NCBI RefSeq assembly: GCF_009914755.1
Contig: NC_060930.1
Strand: one strand, 5' to 3'
Source of the DNA: the human T2T-CHM13v2.0 reference genome, Homo sapiens
DNA length: 64,000 nucleotides
The notes under the pieces were generated by a model that saw nothing but the letters and a program-made list of their open reading frames with translations, did no database searches and had not been told where the DNA came from. How positions within the stretch are numbered: position 1 is the first letter of the stretch; each line of letters opens with the position of its first letter. This document shows, piece by piece, positions 27,205 to 38,995 of this stretch. A program made the position numbers and the translations under genes.

Positions 27205-30200
27205 AGCAAAAAATGCCTGCGCAGTCCAAATCAGGCTAAAAGACCCCATCACTTTTCCTTATCAAAGGCAATATCCCTTAAGGCCTGAAGCTCATAAAGG
27301 ATTACAGGATATTGTTAAACATTTAAAAGCTCAAGGCTTAGGAAATGCAGCAGTCCCTGCAACACCCCAATTCTAGGAGTACAAAAACCAAACGGTCAGT
27401 GGAGACTAGTGCAAGATCTTAGACTCATCAATGAGGCAGTAATTCATCTATATCCAGTTGTACCCAAACCCTATACCCTGCTCTCTCAAATACCAGAGGA
27501 AGCAGAATGGTTCACTGTTCTGGACCTCAAGGATGCCTTCTGTATTCCCCTGCACTCTGACTCCCAGTTTCTCTTTGCCTTTGAGGATCCCACAGACCAC
27601 ATGTCCCAACTTACGTGGACGGTCTTGCCCCAAGGTTTTAGGGATAGCCCTCATCTGTTTGGTCAGGCACTGGCCCAAGATCTAGGCCATGTCTCAAGTC
27701 CAGGCACTCTGTTCCTTCAGTATCTGGATGATTTACTTTTGGCTACCAGTTCAGAAGCCTCGTGCCAGCAGGCCACTGTAGATCTCTTGAACTTTCTAGC
27801 TAATCAAGGGTACAAGGTGTCTAGGTCAAAGGCCCAGCTTTGCCTACAACAGGTCAAATATCTAGGCCTAATCTTAGCCAGAGGGACCAGGGACCTCAGC
27901 AAGGAACGAATACAGCCCATACTGGCTCATCCTCACCCTAAGACATTAAAACAGTTGTGGGGGTTCCTTAGAATTACTGGCTTTTGCCAACTATGGATCC
28001 CCGGATACAGTGAGATAGTCAGGCCCCTATATACTCTAATCAAGGAGACCCAGAGGGCAAATACTCATCTAGTAGAATGGGAACCAGGGGGAGAAACAGC
28101 CTTCAAAACCTTAAAAGGCCCTAGTACAAGCTCCAGCTTTAAGCCTTCCCACAGGACAAAACTTCTCTTTATATGTCACAGAGAGAGCAGGGATAGCTCT
28201 TGGAGTCCTTATTCAGACTCGTGGGACAACCCCACAACCAGTGGCATACCTACGTAAGGAAACTGATGTAGTAGCAAAAGGCTGGCCTCACTGTTTAAGG
28301 GTAGTTGCAGCGGTGGCTGTCTTAGTGTCAGAGGCTATCAAAATAATACAAGGAAAGGATCTCACTGTCTGGACTACTCATGATGTAAATGGCATACTAG
28401 GTGCCAAAGGAAGTTTATGGTTATCAGACAACCGCCTACTTAGATACCAGGCACTACTCTTTGAGGGACCGGTGCTTCAAATACGTACGTGCATGGCCCT
28501 GAACCCTGCCACTTTTCTCCCAGAGGATGGGGAACCAATCATGCATGACTGCCGACAAATTATAGTCCAACTTATGCTGCCCAAGATGGTCTCTTAGAGG
28601 TCCCCTTAGCTAATCCTGACCTTAACCTATATACCCATGGAAGTTCATTTGTGGAGAACGGGATACGAAGGGCAGGTTATGCCATAGTTAGTGATGTAGC
28701 TGTACTTGAAAGTAAGCCTCTTCCCTCAGGGACCAGCGCCCATTTAGCAGAACTAGTGGCACTTACCCGAGCCTTAGAACTGGGAAAGGGAAAAAGAATA
28801 AATGTGTATACAGATAGCAAGTATGCTTATCTAATCCTACATGCCCATGCTGCAATATGGGAAGAAAGGGAGCTTCTAACCTCTGGGGGACCCGCATTAA
28901 ATACCACATGGAAATTATGGAGTTATTGCACACAGTGCAAAAACCCAAGGAGGTGGCAGTCTTACACTGCCAAAGCCATCAGAAAGGTGAAGGAGAAAAG
29001 GCAGAAGGAAACCACTGGGCAGATACTGAGGCCAAAATTGCTGCCAGGTGGAATCTCCCATTAGAAATACCTATGGAAGGACCCTTGGTATGGAACAACC
29101 CCCTCCAGGAGATTAAGCCCCAGTATTCCCCGATTGAAACAGAATGGGGACTTTCACGGGGACATAGTTTTCTCCCCTCAGGGTGGTTAACGACAGAAGA
29201 AGGAAAGGTACTTATTCCCAAAGCAAGCCAGTGGAAAATACTTAAAACTCTCCACCAAACTGTTCATATGGGTATTGAAAACACTCATCAAATGGCCAAA
29301 TCCCTATTTACAGGGCCAAATCTCCTCCAGACCATGTGACAGGTAGTCAAAGCCTGTGAGGTATGCCAAAGGAATAATCTCTTGGTCCATCATAAGGCCC
29401 CTGTGGGGGCACAAAGAATAGGTCACTATCCCGGAGAGGACTGACAGTTAGACTTCACCCATATGCCTAAGTCAAAGGGATTTCAATACTTGTTGGTCTG
29501 TGTTGATATCTTTACAAATTGGATAGAAGCTTTCCCCCGCAAGACAGAGAAGGCTCAGGAAGTGATTAAAGTTCTAATTCATGAAATAATTCCTAGATTT
29601 GGGCTTCCCCAAAGCTTACAGAGTGACAATGGTCTGACTTTTAAAGACATGATAACTCAGGGAGTTTCCAGGGCACTAGTGATACAACAGCATCTTCACT
29701 GCACCTGGAGGCCACAATCCTCAGGGAAGGTCAAGAAGGCAAATGAAACACTCAAGAGGCACTTAAGGAAACTAATACAAGAAACTCATCTCCCATGGCC
29801 TACTCTTTTGCCCATGGCCTTGTTGAGAATCCAAAATTCTCCTCACAAAATGGGGCTTAATCCACATGAAATGCTGTAGGGACGACCTTTTCTCACAAAT
29901 GACCTCCTACTTGATCAGGAAATGGCCAACTTGGTCAAAGATACAACTTATTTGGCAAAATATCAACAAAACCTTAAAAACCTACCTGAAGGATGTCACA
30001 GAGAAAAGGGAACAGAGTTGTTTCAACTAGGAGATCTAGTGTTGGTCAAATCTCACCCCTCTACCTCCCCATCTATGAACTCTTTGTGGGAAGGACCATA
30101 CTCGGTAATCCTCTCTAACCCCACTGCAGTTAAGGTGGCAGGAGTGGAATCTTGGATTCACCACACCCGAGTTACATTTTGGACATCCCCTGAGGAACCT

Positions 30201-30356
30201 GCAGGACTGTCAGCTCAGGAGTCTCAAGATAAGCCAGACCAGCCTCGATACACCTGCGAACCATTGGAGGACTTGCATCTCCTATTTCGGAAGGAAACAT
30301 CCCAGACTAAAAAGGCTCCTACCGCTGATCCTGAAGAAAAATCCCTTTCTCCTTAA
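27205..30356 (+). pseudogene. ERV9 pol remnant (RT, RNase H, integrase), multiply disrupted
   Basis: RT motifs LDLKDAF, LPQGF and YLDD. RNase H motifs AELVAL and YTDSKY. Integrase HHCC zinc finger, LDF...SDNG and WEGPY. Split over several ORFs by stops and frameshifts. Confidence 0.92.
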
Positions 30357-30581
30357 AAAAGATAAGTGAAAACCTACATAATCTTTAACACCTCTCCTTG
30401 CCCCTTTAATGGAATCCTTTTACTATTTCATCATATTATTAAGCAGCATACTAACCATACTCTTTGCGATAGGACTGTATACTGTAGCTCCTGCTGGGAG
30501 AAAAATCCTAATCACATCAACCTTCTATCTTCCTTCCTTCTGACAGCAATTTACTCCTGCCTTTAACTCAGACTGGATAAA

Positions 30582-32400
30582 ATGGTCTCGTCTTCCAGAG
30601 CACCCTCTTTACCTTCCTATTTACTCTTTGCCTATCTATCCCTCCTGCTTCCTTGGATACCTCATACAATTGCCCCTCCCCTTCCACTAGCTCCTAATTA
30701 CCTCTACAAGTCTCTCAACTTAACCTACTCTCTGTTAAACCAGTCCAATCCTTCCCTGGCAAATGACTGTTGGCTTTGTATCTCTCTATCAACCTCTGCT
30801 TACACTGCCACTCCCATTCCTGCAAAAAACTGGGTCTTTACCAAATTAACCTACCACCCTCGTTATGAAGGAAAAGACCCTTTCTGACTTTTAAATATGC
30901 AATCATTAGCCAACTTCCCCATCTCTGATAGGAACAAGAATACCCTAACAGGATGTGCAATCCAACTTTTACGTTCTTACATTTCCAACCTCACCTATTA
31001 CACAAGCAATGAAAAGCCCATACACGGCCCTGTAACTACAAATACTATCTTAACTTTCCAAGCCCCTTTATGCATCCAACGCAACCTGTTATCAGGCCTG
31101 CCCCTGGGGCACTTACTACCCCATCAGTGTAATTACACGCTACAACTTCAAGCCCCAACTGATCATAGTAACTTCTGAGTCACCCAAACAGCTCCATTTA
31201 GATGGCTTGTCTGCTTCTTGGGGCCCCCAAAAATCATCACCTCCTCCCTGCTTAACAAATAGTCCAGGGTTTGTAATGGCAAACATACTCCCTGCATGAC
31301 CATTCACCCCTGCACCCCCTGCAGCAGCGCCCCCACCACTAGTGAATGCCTTCTCATCCCCTCTTTCAATCACTCTCTCGAGTGGTTCCTAGTAGATATA
31401 AAATGTTTTTTTCTCCAATGGGAAAATAGAACACAGGGAGCCACTCAGTTTGCTCCCAACACCCCTTTCCAGACGCTCACTGGAGCTACCTTGGCAAGTA
31501 CTCTAGGAGTATGGGAAAATGAAAACAACAAATTCACACATCTTTTTAACATACACAACCAGTTCTGTCTACCCAGCTAAGGTATACTCTTCTTATGTGG
31601 AATGTCGACCTATATCTGCCTCCCCACTAACTGGACAGGCACCTGCACCTTAGTCTTTCTAAGTCCCAACATTAATATTGCCCCGGGAAGTCAGACCTTA
31701 TCAGTACCCCTCAAAGCTCAAGTCCGTCAGCGCAAAGCCATACAACTAATACCCCTACTTATAGGGTCAGGAATGGCTACTGCTACAGGAACTGGAATAG
31801 CCAGTTTATCTACTTCATTATCCTACTACCACACATTCTCAAAGGATTTCTCAGACAGTTTGCAAGAAATCACGAAATCTATCCTTACTCTACAATCCCA
31901 AATAGACTCTTTGGCAGCAGTGACTCTCCAAAAGCGCTGAGGCCTAGACCTCCTCACGGCTGAGAAAGGAGGAGTCTGCACCTTCTTAGGGGAAGAGTGT
32001 TGTTTTTACCCTAACCAGTCAGGGATAGTACTAAATGCCGCCCGGCATTTACAGGAAAAGGCTTCTGAAATCAGACAACGCCTTTCAAACTCTTATACCA
32101 ACCTCCGGAGTTGGGCAACATGGCTTCTCCCCTTTCTAGGTCCCGTGGCAGCCATCTTGCTGTTACTCGCCTTTGGGCCCTGTATTTTTAACCTTCTTGT
32201 CAAATTTGTTTCCTCTAAAATCAAGGCAATCAAGCTACAGATGGTCTTACAAATGGAACTCCGAATGAGTTCAACTAACAACTTCTACTGAGGACCCCTG
32301 GACCGACCCACTGGCCCTTCCACTGGCCTAAAGAGTTCCCCTCTGGAGGACACCACAACTGCAGGGCCCCTGCTTCACCCCTATCCAGCAGGAAGTAGCT
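30582..32400 (+). pseudogene. ERV9 env remnant
   Basis: Signal peptide, CWLC motif, furin-like RQRK, fusion peptide IQLIPLLIG, immunosuppressive domain LQKR*GLDLLTAEKGG and CX6CC. Several in-frame stops. Confidence 0.9.
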
Positions 32401-32459
32401 AGAGCAGTCATTGGCCAAATTCCAAACAGCAGTTGGGGTGTCCTGTTTAGAGGGGAAAT

Positions 32460-33249
32460 TGAGAGGTGAAGCCAGCTGGGCTTCTGGGTTGGGTGGGGAC
32501 TTGGAGAACTTTTCTGTCTAGCTAAAGGATTGTAAATGCACCAGTCAGTGCTCTGTGTCTAGCTAAAGGTTTGTAAATGCACCAATCAGCACTCTATAAA
32601 AATGGACCAATCAGCACTCTGTAAAATGGACCAATCAGCTCTCTGCAAAATGGATCACTCAGTAGGATGCAGGTGGGGCCAAATAAGGGAATAAAAGCAG
32701 GCCACCTGCACCACCAGCAGCAACCCACTTGGGTCCCCTCCACACAGTGGAAGCTTTGTTCTTTTGCTCTTCACAATAAATCTTGCTGCTGCTCACTCTT
32801 TGGGTCCGCACTGCCTTTATCAGCTGTAACACTCACCACGAAGGTCTGCAGCTTCACTCGTGAAGCCAATGAGACCACAAACTCACCGGGAGGAATGAAC
32901 AACTCTGGATGCGCTGCCTTTATGAGGTGTAACACTCACCACGAAGATCTGCAGCTTCACTCCTGAAGCCAGCGAGACCATGAACCCACCGGGAGGAATG
33001 AACAACTCCGGACGCGCCGCCTTTATGAACTGTAACACTCACTGCGAAGGTCTGTGGCTTCACTCCTGAAATCAGCGAGACCACGAACCCACCAGAAGGA
33101 AGAAATTCTGGACACATCTGAACATCTGAAGGAACAAACTCCGGACACACCATCTTTAAGAACTTTAACACTCACCGCGAGGGTCCACAGCTTCATTCTT
33201 GAAGTCAGTGAGACCAAGAACCCACTGGAAGGAACCAATTCCGGATACA
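32460..33249 (+). repeat. ERV9 3' LTR (LTR12 family)
   Basis: Follows the PPT AGAGGGGAAA. Homologous to the 5' LTR with about two extra CCAAT-type U3 units. Confidence 0.95.
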
Positions 33250-33524
33250 AAATGTCTCCATGCATGCCTCACCTGCAGTGCCATACGCTGGTTGATATTA
33301 ATAATAAGACAGATTTTGCAGAGCATTGTTGGTGCGTATGCTACCCATACTCCTATCGACCAGGCTTGCACCTTCCAGGGCCATGCTTTCCAGCCTAAAC
33401 AATCACAGATCAGGCCCAGACTGCACTCCCTGGGAGCTTTGGAAAAAGCTGCATCAAACCAGAGCTTCTCCCCAAGCCCAGCAAACCACTCATGGCTCAG
33501 GTAGTCCTTCCTGGAAGACCAAAG

Positions 33525-34150
33525 TGTTGGAAGTAAATGCTTATTCCCCGATGTTACAGAGAAGAATCCGCAATTAGACAAAATGTTTCCTCAACAGGAA
33601 ACTCTTTTTACTCTTTGCAGAAAGGGTGGTGCCTGTCAGCAATCCTGCCAGGAGTACCCACAAAGTAAAAAAGATACTAGAATAGTTTTGCCTTACACAT
33701 GAGGTCCCTATTGCTGTGTCCTGACTCCATTGGCTGGAGCCAGACCTCACAATCTAAACTAAAACCCGATTGGCTAACAGTTCAAAACTTTTTAAAATAG
33801 GTAAAGGCAGTGAGGAACAAAGGAAAAAAAGGAAGTTGCTTATGAAAGGACTTAGAAAAGTAATAATATTCCCAAATAAGGGAGGAGGGTAGGCTGCAAG
33901 CTGGGACATGCCTGGGCATGTCCAGCACGAATATTCTGACTAAGGTACAAGGACATAGAATGTACTACATGCCTGTGAGCATGTTTAACAGATACTGAAG
34001 TCAGAGTATGCTTATTCTGTTACCTTTGCTACATAAGGCTTAACAGAGAGTTATTACTATAAAATAAGAAACTTAAAGTTAGTTTTGAGAAAAGATATCA
34101 ATAACATTTATGATTTAAAGGGATTTGAAGAGGAACTTTTGCTTTCTACA
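33525..34150 (-). mobile_element. Solo LTR, LTR10-like (HERV-I group)
   Basis: The minus strand begins TGTAGAAAGCAAAAGTTCCTCTTCAAA and ends CCAACA. 5-bp TSD CAAAG at 33520-33524 and 34151-34155. Confidence 0.8.
33904..33923. promoter_or_regulatory. Perfect p53 response element
   Basis: GGACATGCCT-GGGCATGTCC is two RRRCWWGYYY half-sites with no spacer and no mismatch. Confidence 0.8.
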
Positions 34151-34199
34151 CAAAGCCTCCTCATTCATTGAAGAGGAAAACTCTTGGTGGGGACAAGAG

Positions 34200-34603
34200 T
34201 GAATTTACTTTAAATACCAATCCACTGACTAATCCCAAGTCTGGGAATGCCTCCAAAATGTTGAGTTGATGTATTATTATTTATGTAGAAACACCCATTT
34301 ACTGTAAGTTTCCTTCAAAACAACCCTCGTTGCTGTTGCAGAAATCATAGGCTGTGACGCTGGTAGCCACCTACACATTCCTTCTAGAACACGTATATTT
34401 TTCCCCAAGATATAAGCCCTGGGTCTAGGGGGTTGTGGTGCAGAGATCTACCTATCTTGTAGCCGCCCAAGACCACGTTTCTGTTTGTAAATTTCCCTAA
34501 TAAATCACCCAGAACCACACATTGGATTTCTCTGCCTCCTTTGGTTTCCAGGCTCCTTCTGCATTTGGGGGTTGCTGTGTAAATACAGCCCTTTCATGGA
34601 ACA
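34200..34603 (+). mobile_element. Older ERV1-class LTR fragment, family uncertain
   Basis: TATA-like GATATAAG, AATAAA at about 34499, and a terminal ...TTTCATGGAACA. Confidence 0.5.
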
Positions 34604-34894
34604 AACTCCCATAGAAGTGCAAACTGTGTTGACCCTTGTTTTATCCAAGTGTCCTGTCTACATTTGTAGCCTTCCAGTATTTGCTGGGTCTGTCTCTTTG
34701 GCATTTTGGGAGCCACATAAACCACCAGGCTTCAAGCTGTTACCCCGGGTTGCTGCTCCTCTGACCATCCTTCCTGGTTAGTCTCCCTCCTGACCCACCT
34801 TCTCACTGCTGCTGTTCTTCCCACATCTTCTGTCTGCGTGCTCTGGGTCACTTTAAGTTCCATGTTGAACTCCTCTACATTCCCTATATTTTAA

Positions 34895-35143
<249 letters not shown>

Positions 35144-35383
35144 TGATCCGCCCACCTCGGCCTCCCAAAGTACTGGGGTTACAGGCGTGAGCCACCGCGC
35201 CCGGCCAATTCATTTCTTTTTTAAACTAACACTTAGCTCTTCCTTAAGGATGTTTCTCCTGGGGATCTCTTAAAGGAAGGCTATTCATTCTCCCACAATC
35301 CAACACCTCAAGTTCGAGAGGTGGAGTCAGTGCTTCATGGATCCATGCTGTGGCTGGAGACCATTCCTTCTCTGCCCTCATGA

Positions 35384-35641
<258 letters not shown>

Positions 35642-36165
35642 TAACTTCTGACCTCAGGTGATTCGCCCTCCTCAGCCTCCCAAAGTGCTGGGATTACAGG
35701 CATGAGCCACTGTGCCCAGCCTGGAATGCAAATCTTTGTGTCACCTGACTCCTATCATCCATTGACCTTCTTACCAATTGGCCTCATTCAGTGAAGGTGA
35801 GCCCACACCTCAGAATCAGTCTCCTTATCATCCTATACTCTCCACCCCTATATACTACCACCACCTTGAAAATATCTAGAAAATCCCTATTTGATGGATA
35901 TTTCGATGGATGACCTTCTCAACATCCAGCCCTTTATTTTCTTGACTTGCTCATGGCCAGTGACCTTCACCTGCATTCACTTTAACCACTGTACACAACA
36001 GAGTGCTTTGTTGTAAATGATAGTAATTGACTCTAGCAAACTTAGATCACCAATTTGAGCTGTTTCTTCACCTCCTTCTTGACTTTTAAGATGGTGGTAA
36101 AATGCACATAAAATTTACCATCTTAACCATTTTTAAATATACAGTTCAGTGGCATTAAGTACATT

Positions 36166-38108
36166 CACAAAGGTGACACAAACTCCAGAGAATATGCTGC
36201 TTGCAGCTTTGATGATTGTATCAACGGTGATAAGTCTTCCCATGTCTGCAGGAGCAGCTGCAGCTAATTATGCTTACTGGGCCTATGTGCCTTTCCTGCC
36301 CTTAATTCGGGCAGTTACATGGGTGGATAATTCTATTGAAGTATATGTTAATAATAGTGCATGGGTACCTGGCCCCACGGATGATCGTTGCCCTGCCCAA
36401 CCCAAGGAAGAAGGAATGATGATGATTATTTCCACTGGGTATTGTTATCCTCCTATTTGCCTGGGGAGGGCACCAGGATGCTTAATGCCTACAACCCAAA
36501 ATTGGTTGGTAGAAGTACCTACTGTCAGTGCCACCAGTGGATTTACTTATCACAGGGTAAGTGGAATGTCACTCAGGCCACAGGTAAATTATTTGCAGGA
36601 CCCTTCTTATCAAAGATGATTAAAATCTAGGCCTAAGGGGAAGCCTTGCCCCAAAGAAATTCCCAAAGGATCAAAAGGCCCAGAAGTTTTAGTTTGAGAA
36701 GAATGTGTGGCTGATAGGACGGTGATATTACAAAACAATGAATTCGGAACCATTATAGATTGGGCACCTCGAGGTCAATTCTACTGCAATTGCACAGGAC
36801 AAACTCAATCGTGTCCCAGTGCACATGTGAGTCCAACTGTGGACAGTGACTTAACAGAAGGTTTAGATAAAAATAAGTATAAAAGGTTAGAGTCTCTATA
36901 CCCTTGGGAATGGGGTGAAAAGGGAATCTCATCACCTCGACCAAAGTTAGTTAGTCCTGTTACTGGTCCTAAGCGTCCGGAACTTTGGAAGCTTACTGTG
37001 GCCTCGCACCACATTAGAATTTGGTCTGGAAATTAAGCTATAAAAACAAGAGATGGTAAGCCATCTTATACTATCGACCTAAATTCCAGTCTGACAATTC
37101 CTTTGCAAATTTGTGTAAAGCCCCCTTATATGCTAGTTGTAGGAAAAATAGTTATTAACCCAGATTCCCAAACTATAACCTGTGAAAATTGTAGATTGTT
37201 TACTTGCATTGATTCAACTTTTAATTGGCAGCACTGTATTCTACCAGTGAGAGCAAGAGAGGCCATGTGGATCCCTGTGTCCATGGACCAACTGTAGGAG
37301 GCTTCGCCATCCATCCATATTTTAACTGAAGTATTAAAAGGAGTTCTAAATAGATCCAAAAGATTCATTTTTACTTTGATTGCGGTGACTACGGGATTAA
37401 GTGCAGTCACAGTTATGGCCGCTGTGGCAGGAGTTGCATTGCACTCTTCTGTTCAGACGGTACACTTTGTTAACAATTGGCAAAAAAAATTCTACAAGAT
37501 TGTGGAATTCACAATCTGGTATTGATCAAAAATTGGCAAATTAGATTAATGATCTTAGACAAAATGTCATTTGGATGGGAGATAAGCTCGTGAGCTTGGA
37601 ACATCATTTTCAGTTACAGTGTGACTGGAATACGTCAGATTTTTGTATTACACCCCAAGCCTGTAATGAGTCTGAGCCTCACTGGGACATGGTTAGATGC
37701 CATCTACAAGGAAGAGAAGATAATCTTACTTCAGACATTTCAAAATTAAAAGAACAAATTTTTGAGGCATCAAAAGCCCATTTAAATTTGGTGCCAGGAA
37801 CTGAAGCAATTACGGAAGCTACTGATGGCCTCGCAAATCTTAACCCAGTCACTTGGGTTAAAACCATCAGAAGTTCCATTATTATAAATTTCATATTAAT
37901 CCTTGTGTGCCTGTTCTGTCTGTTGTTAGTCTGCAGGTGTACCCAGCAGCTCCGAAGAGACAGCGACCATCAAGAACGGGCCATGATGACGATGGCAGTT
38001 TTGTCAAAAACAAAAGGGAGAATGTGGGGAAAAGAAAGAGAGATCAGATTGTTACTGTGTCTATGCAGAAAAGGAAGACATAAGAAATTCCATTTTGATC
38101 TGTACTAA
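36166..38108 (+). pseudogene. HML-2 env pseudogene, lacking its N-terminus and interrupted by stops and a frameshift
   Basis: ORFs 36149-36619, 36707-37036, 37103-37297 and 37575-38108 are consecutive pieces of HML-2 Env. Confidence 0.92.
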
Positions 38109-38995
38109 GAAATATTGTTCTGCTTTGAGATGCTGTTAATCTGTAACTTTAGCCCCAACCATGTGCTCGCAGAAACGTGCTGTATCAAATCAAGGTTTAA
38201 TGGATTTAGGGCTGTGCAGGCTGTGCCTTGTTAACAATGTGTTTGCAGGCAGTATGCCTGGTAAAAGTCATCGCCATTCTCCATTCTCTATTAACCAGGG
38301 ACACAATGCACTGCGGAAAGGCGCAGGGACCTCTGCCCAAGAAAGCTTGGGTATTGTCCAAGGTTTCCCCCACTGAGACAGCCTGAGATATGGCCTCATG
38401 GGAAAGGAAAGACCTTACATCCCCCAGCCCGACACCCATGAAGGGTCTGTGCTGAGGAGTAGTGAAAGAGGGAGGCCTCTTTGCGGTTGAGATAAGGGGA
38501 AGTTTTCTGTCTCCTGCACGTCCCTGGGAATGAAATGTCTCAGGGTAAAGCTGATCATGAGATAGGAGAAAACCACCCTGTGGCTGGAGGCAAGATATGC
38601 TGGCAGCAATACTGCTCTGTTACTCTTTGCTACACTGAGATGTTTGTGTAAAGGGAAACATACATCTAGCCTACATGCACATCCAGGCACAGTACTTTTC
38701 CTTGGACTTATTCATGATACAGATTCCTTTGCTCACATGTTTCCCCTCTGACCTTCTCCACATCACCCTGTTGCCCTGCCACACTCCCCTCACCAAGATA
38801 GTAAAAATAGTGATCAATAAATACTGAGGGAACTCAGAGACTAGCACCGGTGCAGGTCCTCACATGTTGAGCACCGGTCTCCTGGGCCCACTGTCCTTTC
38901 TCTGTACTTTGTCTCTGTGTCTTATTTCTTTTCTCAGTCTCTCGTCTCCACCTGACGAGAAATACCCACAGGTGTGGAGGGGCAGGCCCCCTTCA
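38023..38995 (+). repeat. LTR5 (older LTR5B/A type), 973 bp
   Basis: Starts TGTGGGGAAAAGAAAGAGAGATCAG, has AATAAA at about 38816, and ends CCCCTTCA. Confidence 0.9.

Larger units (their letters stand above)
25679..33249 (+). mobile_element. ERV9 (HERV9/LTR12) provirus, gag-pro deleted, 7.57 kb
   Basis: Two homologous LTRs, a PBS, pol and env remnants, a PPT, and a 4-bp TSD AAAT (25675-25678 and 33250-33253). Confidence 0.95.
36166..38995 (+). mobile_element. 5'-truncated HERV-K(HML-2) provirus: env plus 3' LTR
   Basis: Env peptides [19 protein letters not shown]...[19 protein letters not shown] and [15 protein letters not shown] at 38006-38022 is followed by LTR5. Confidence 0.95.

Noticed and set aside
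30582-32400. Possible syncytin-like captured env
   Set aside because: Multiple in-frame stops, including one in the immunosuppressive domain.
36149-36619. Apparent L1-env fusion ORF
   Set aside because: It starts at a GTG inside an L1 fragment and stops early in SU, so no functional Env is possible.
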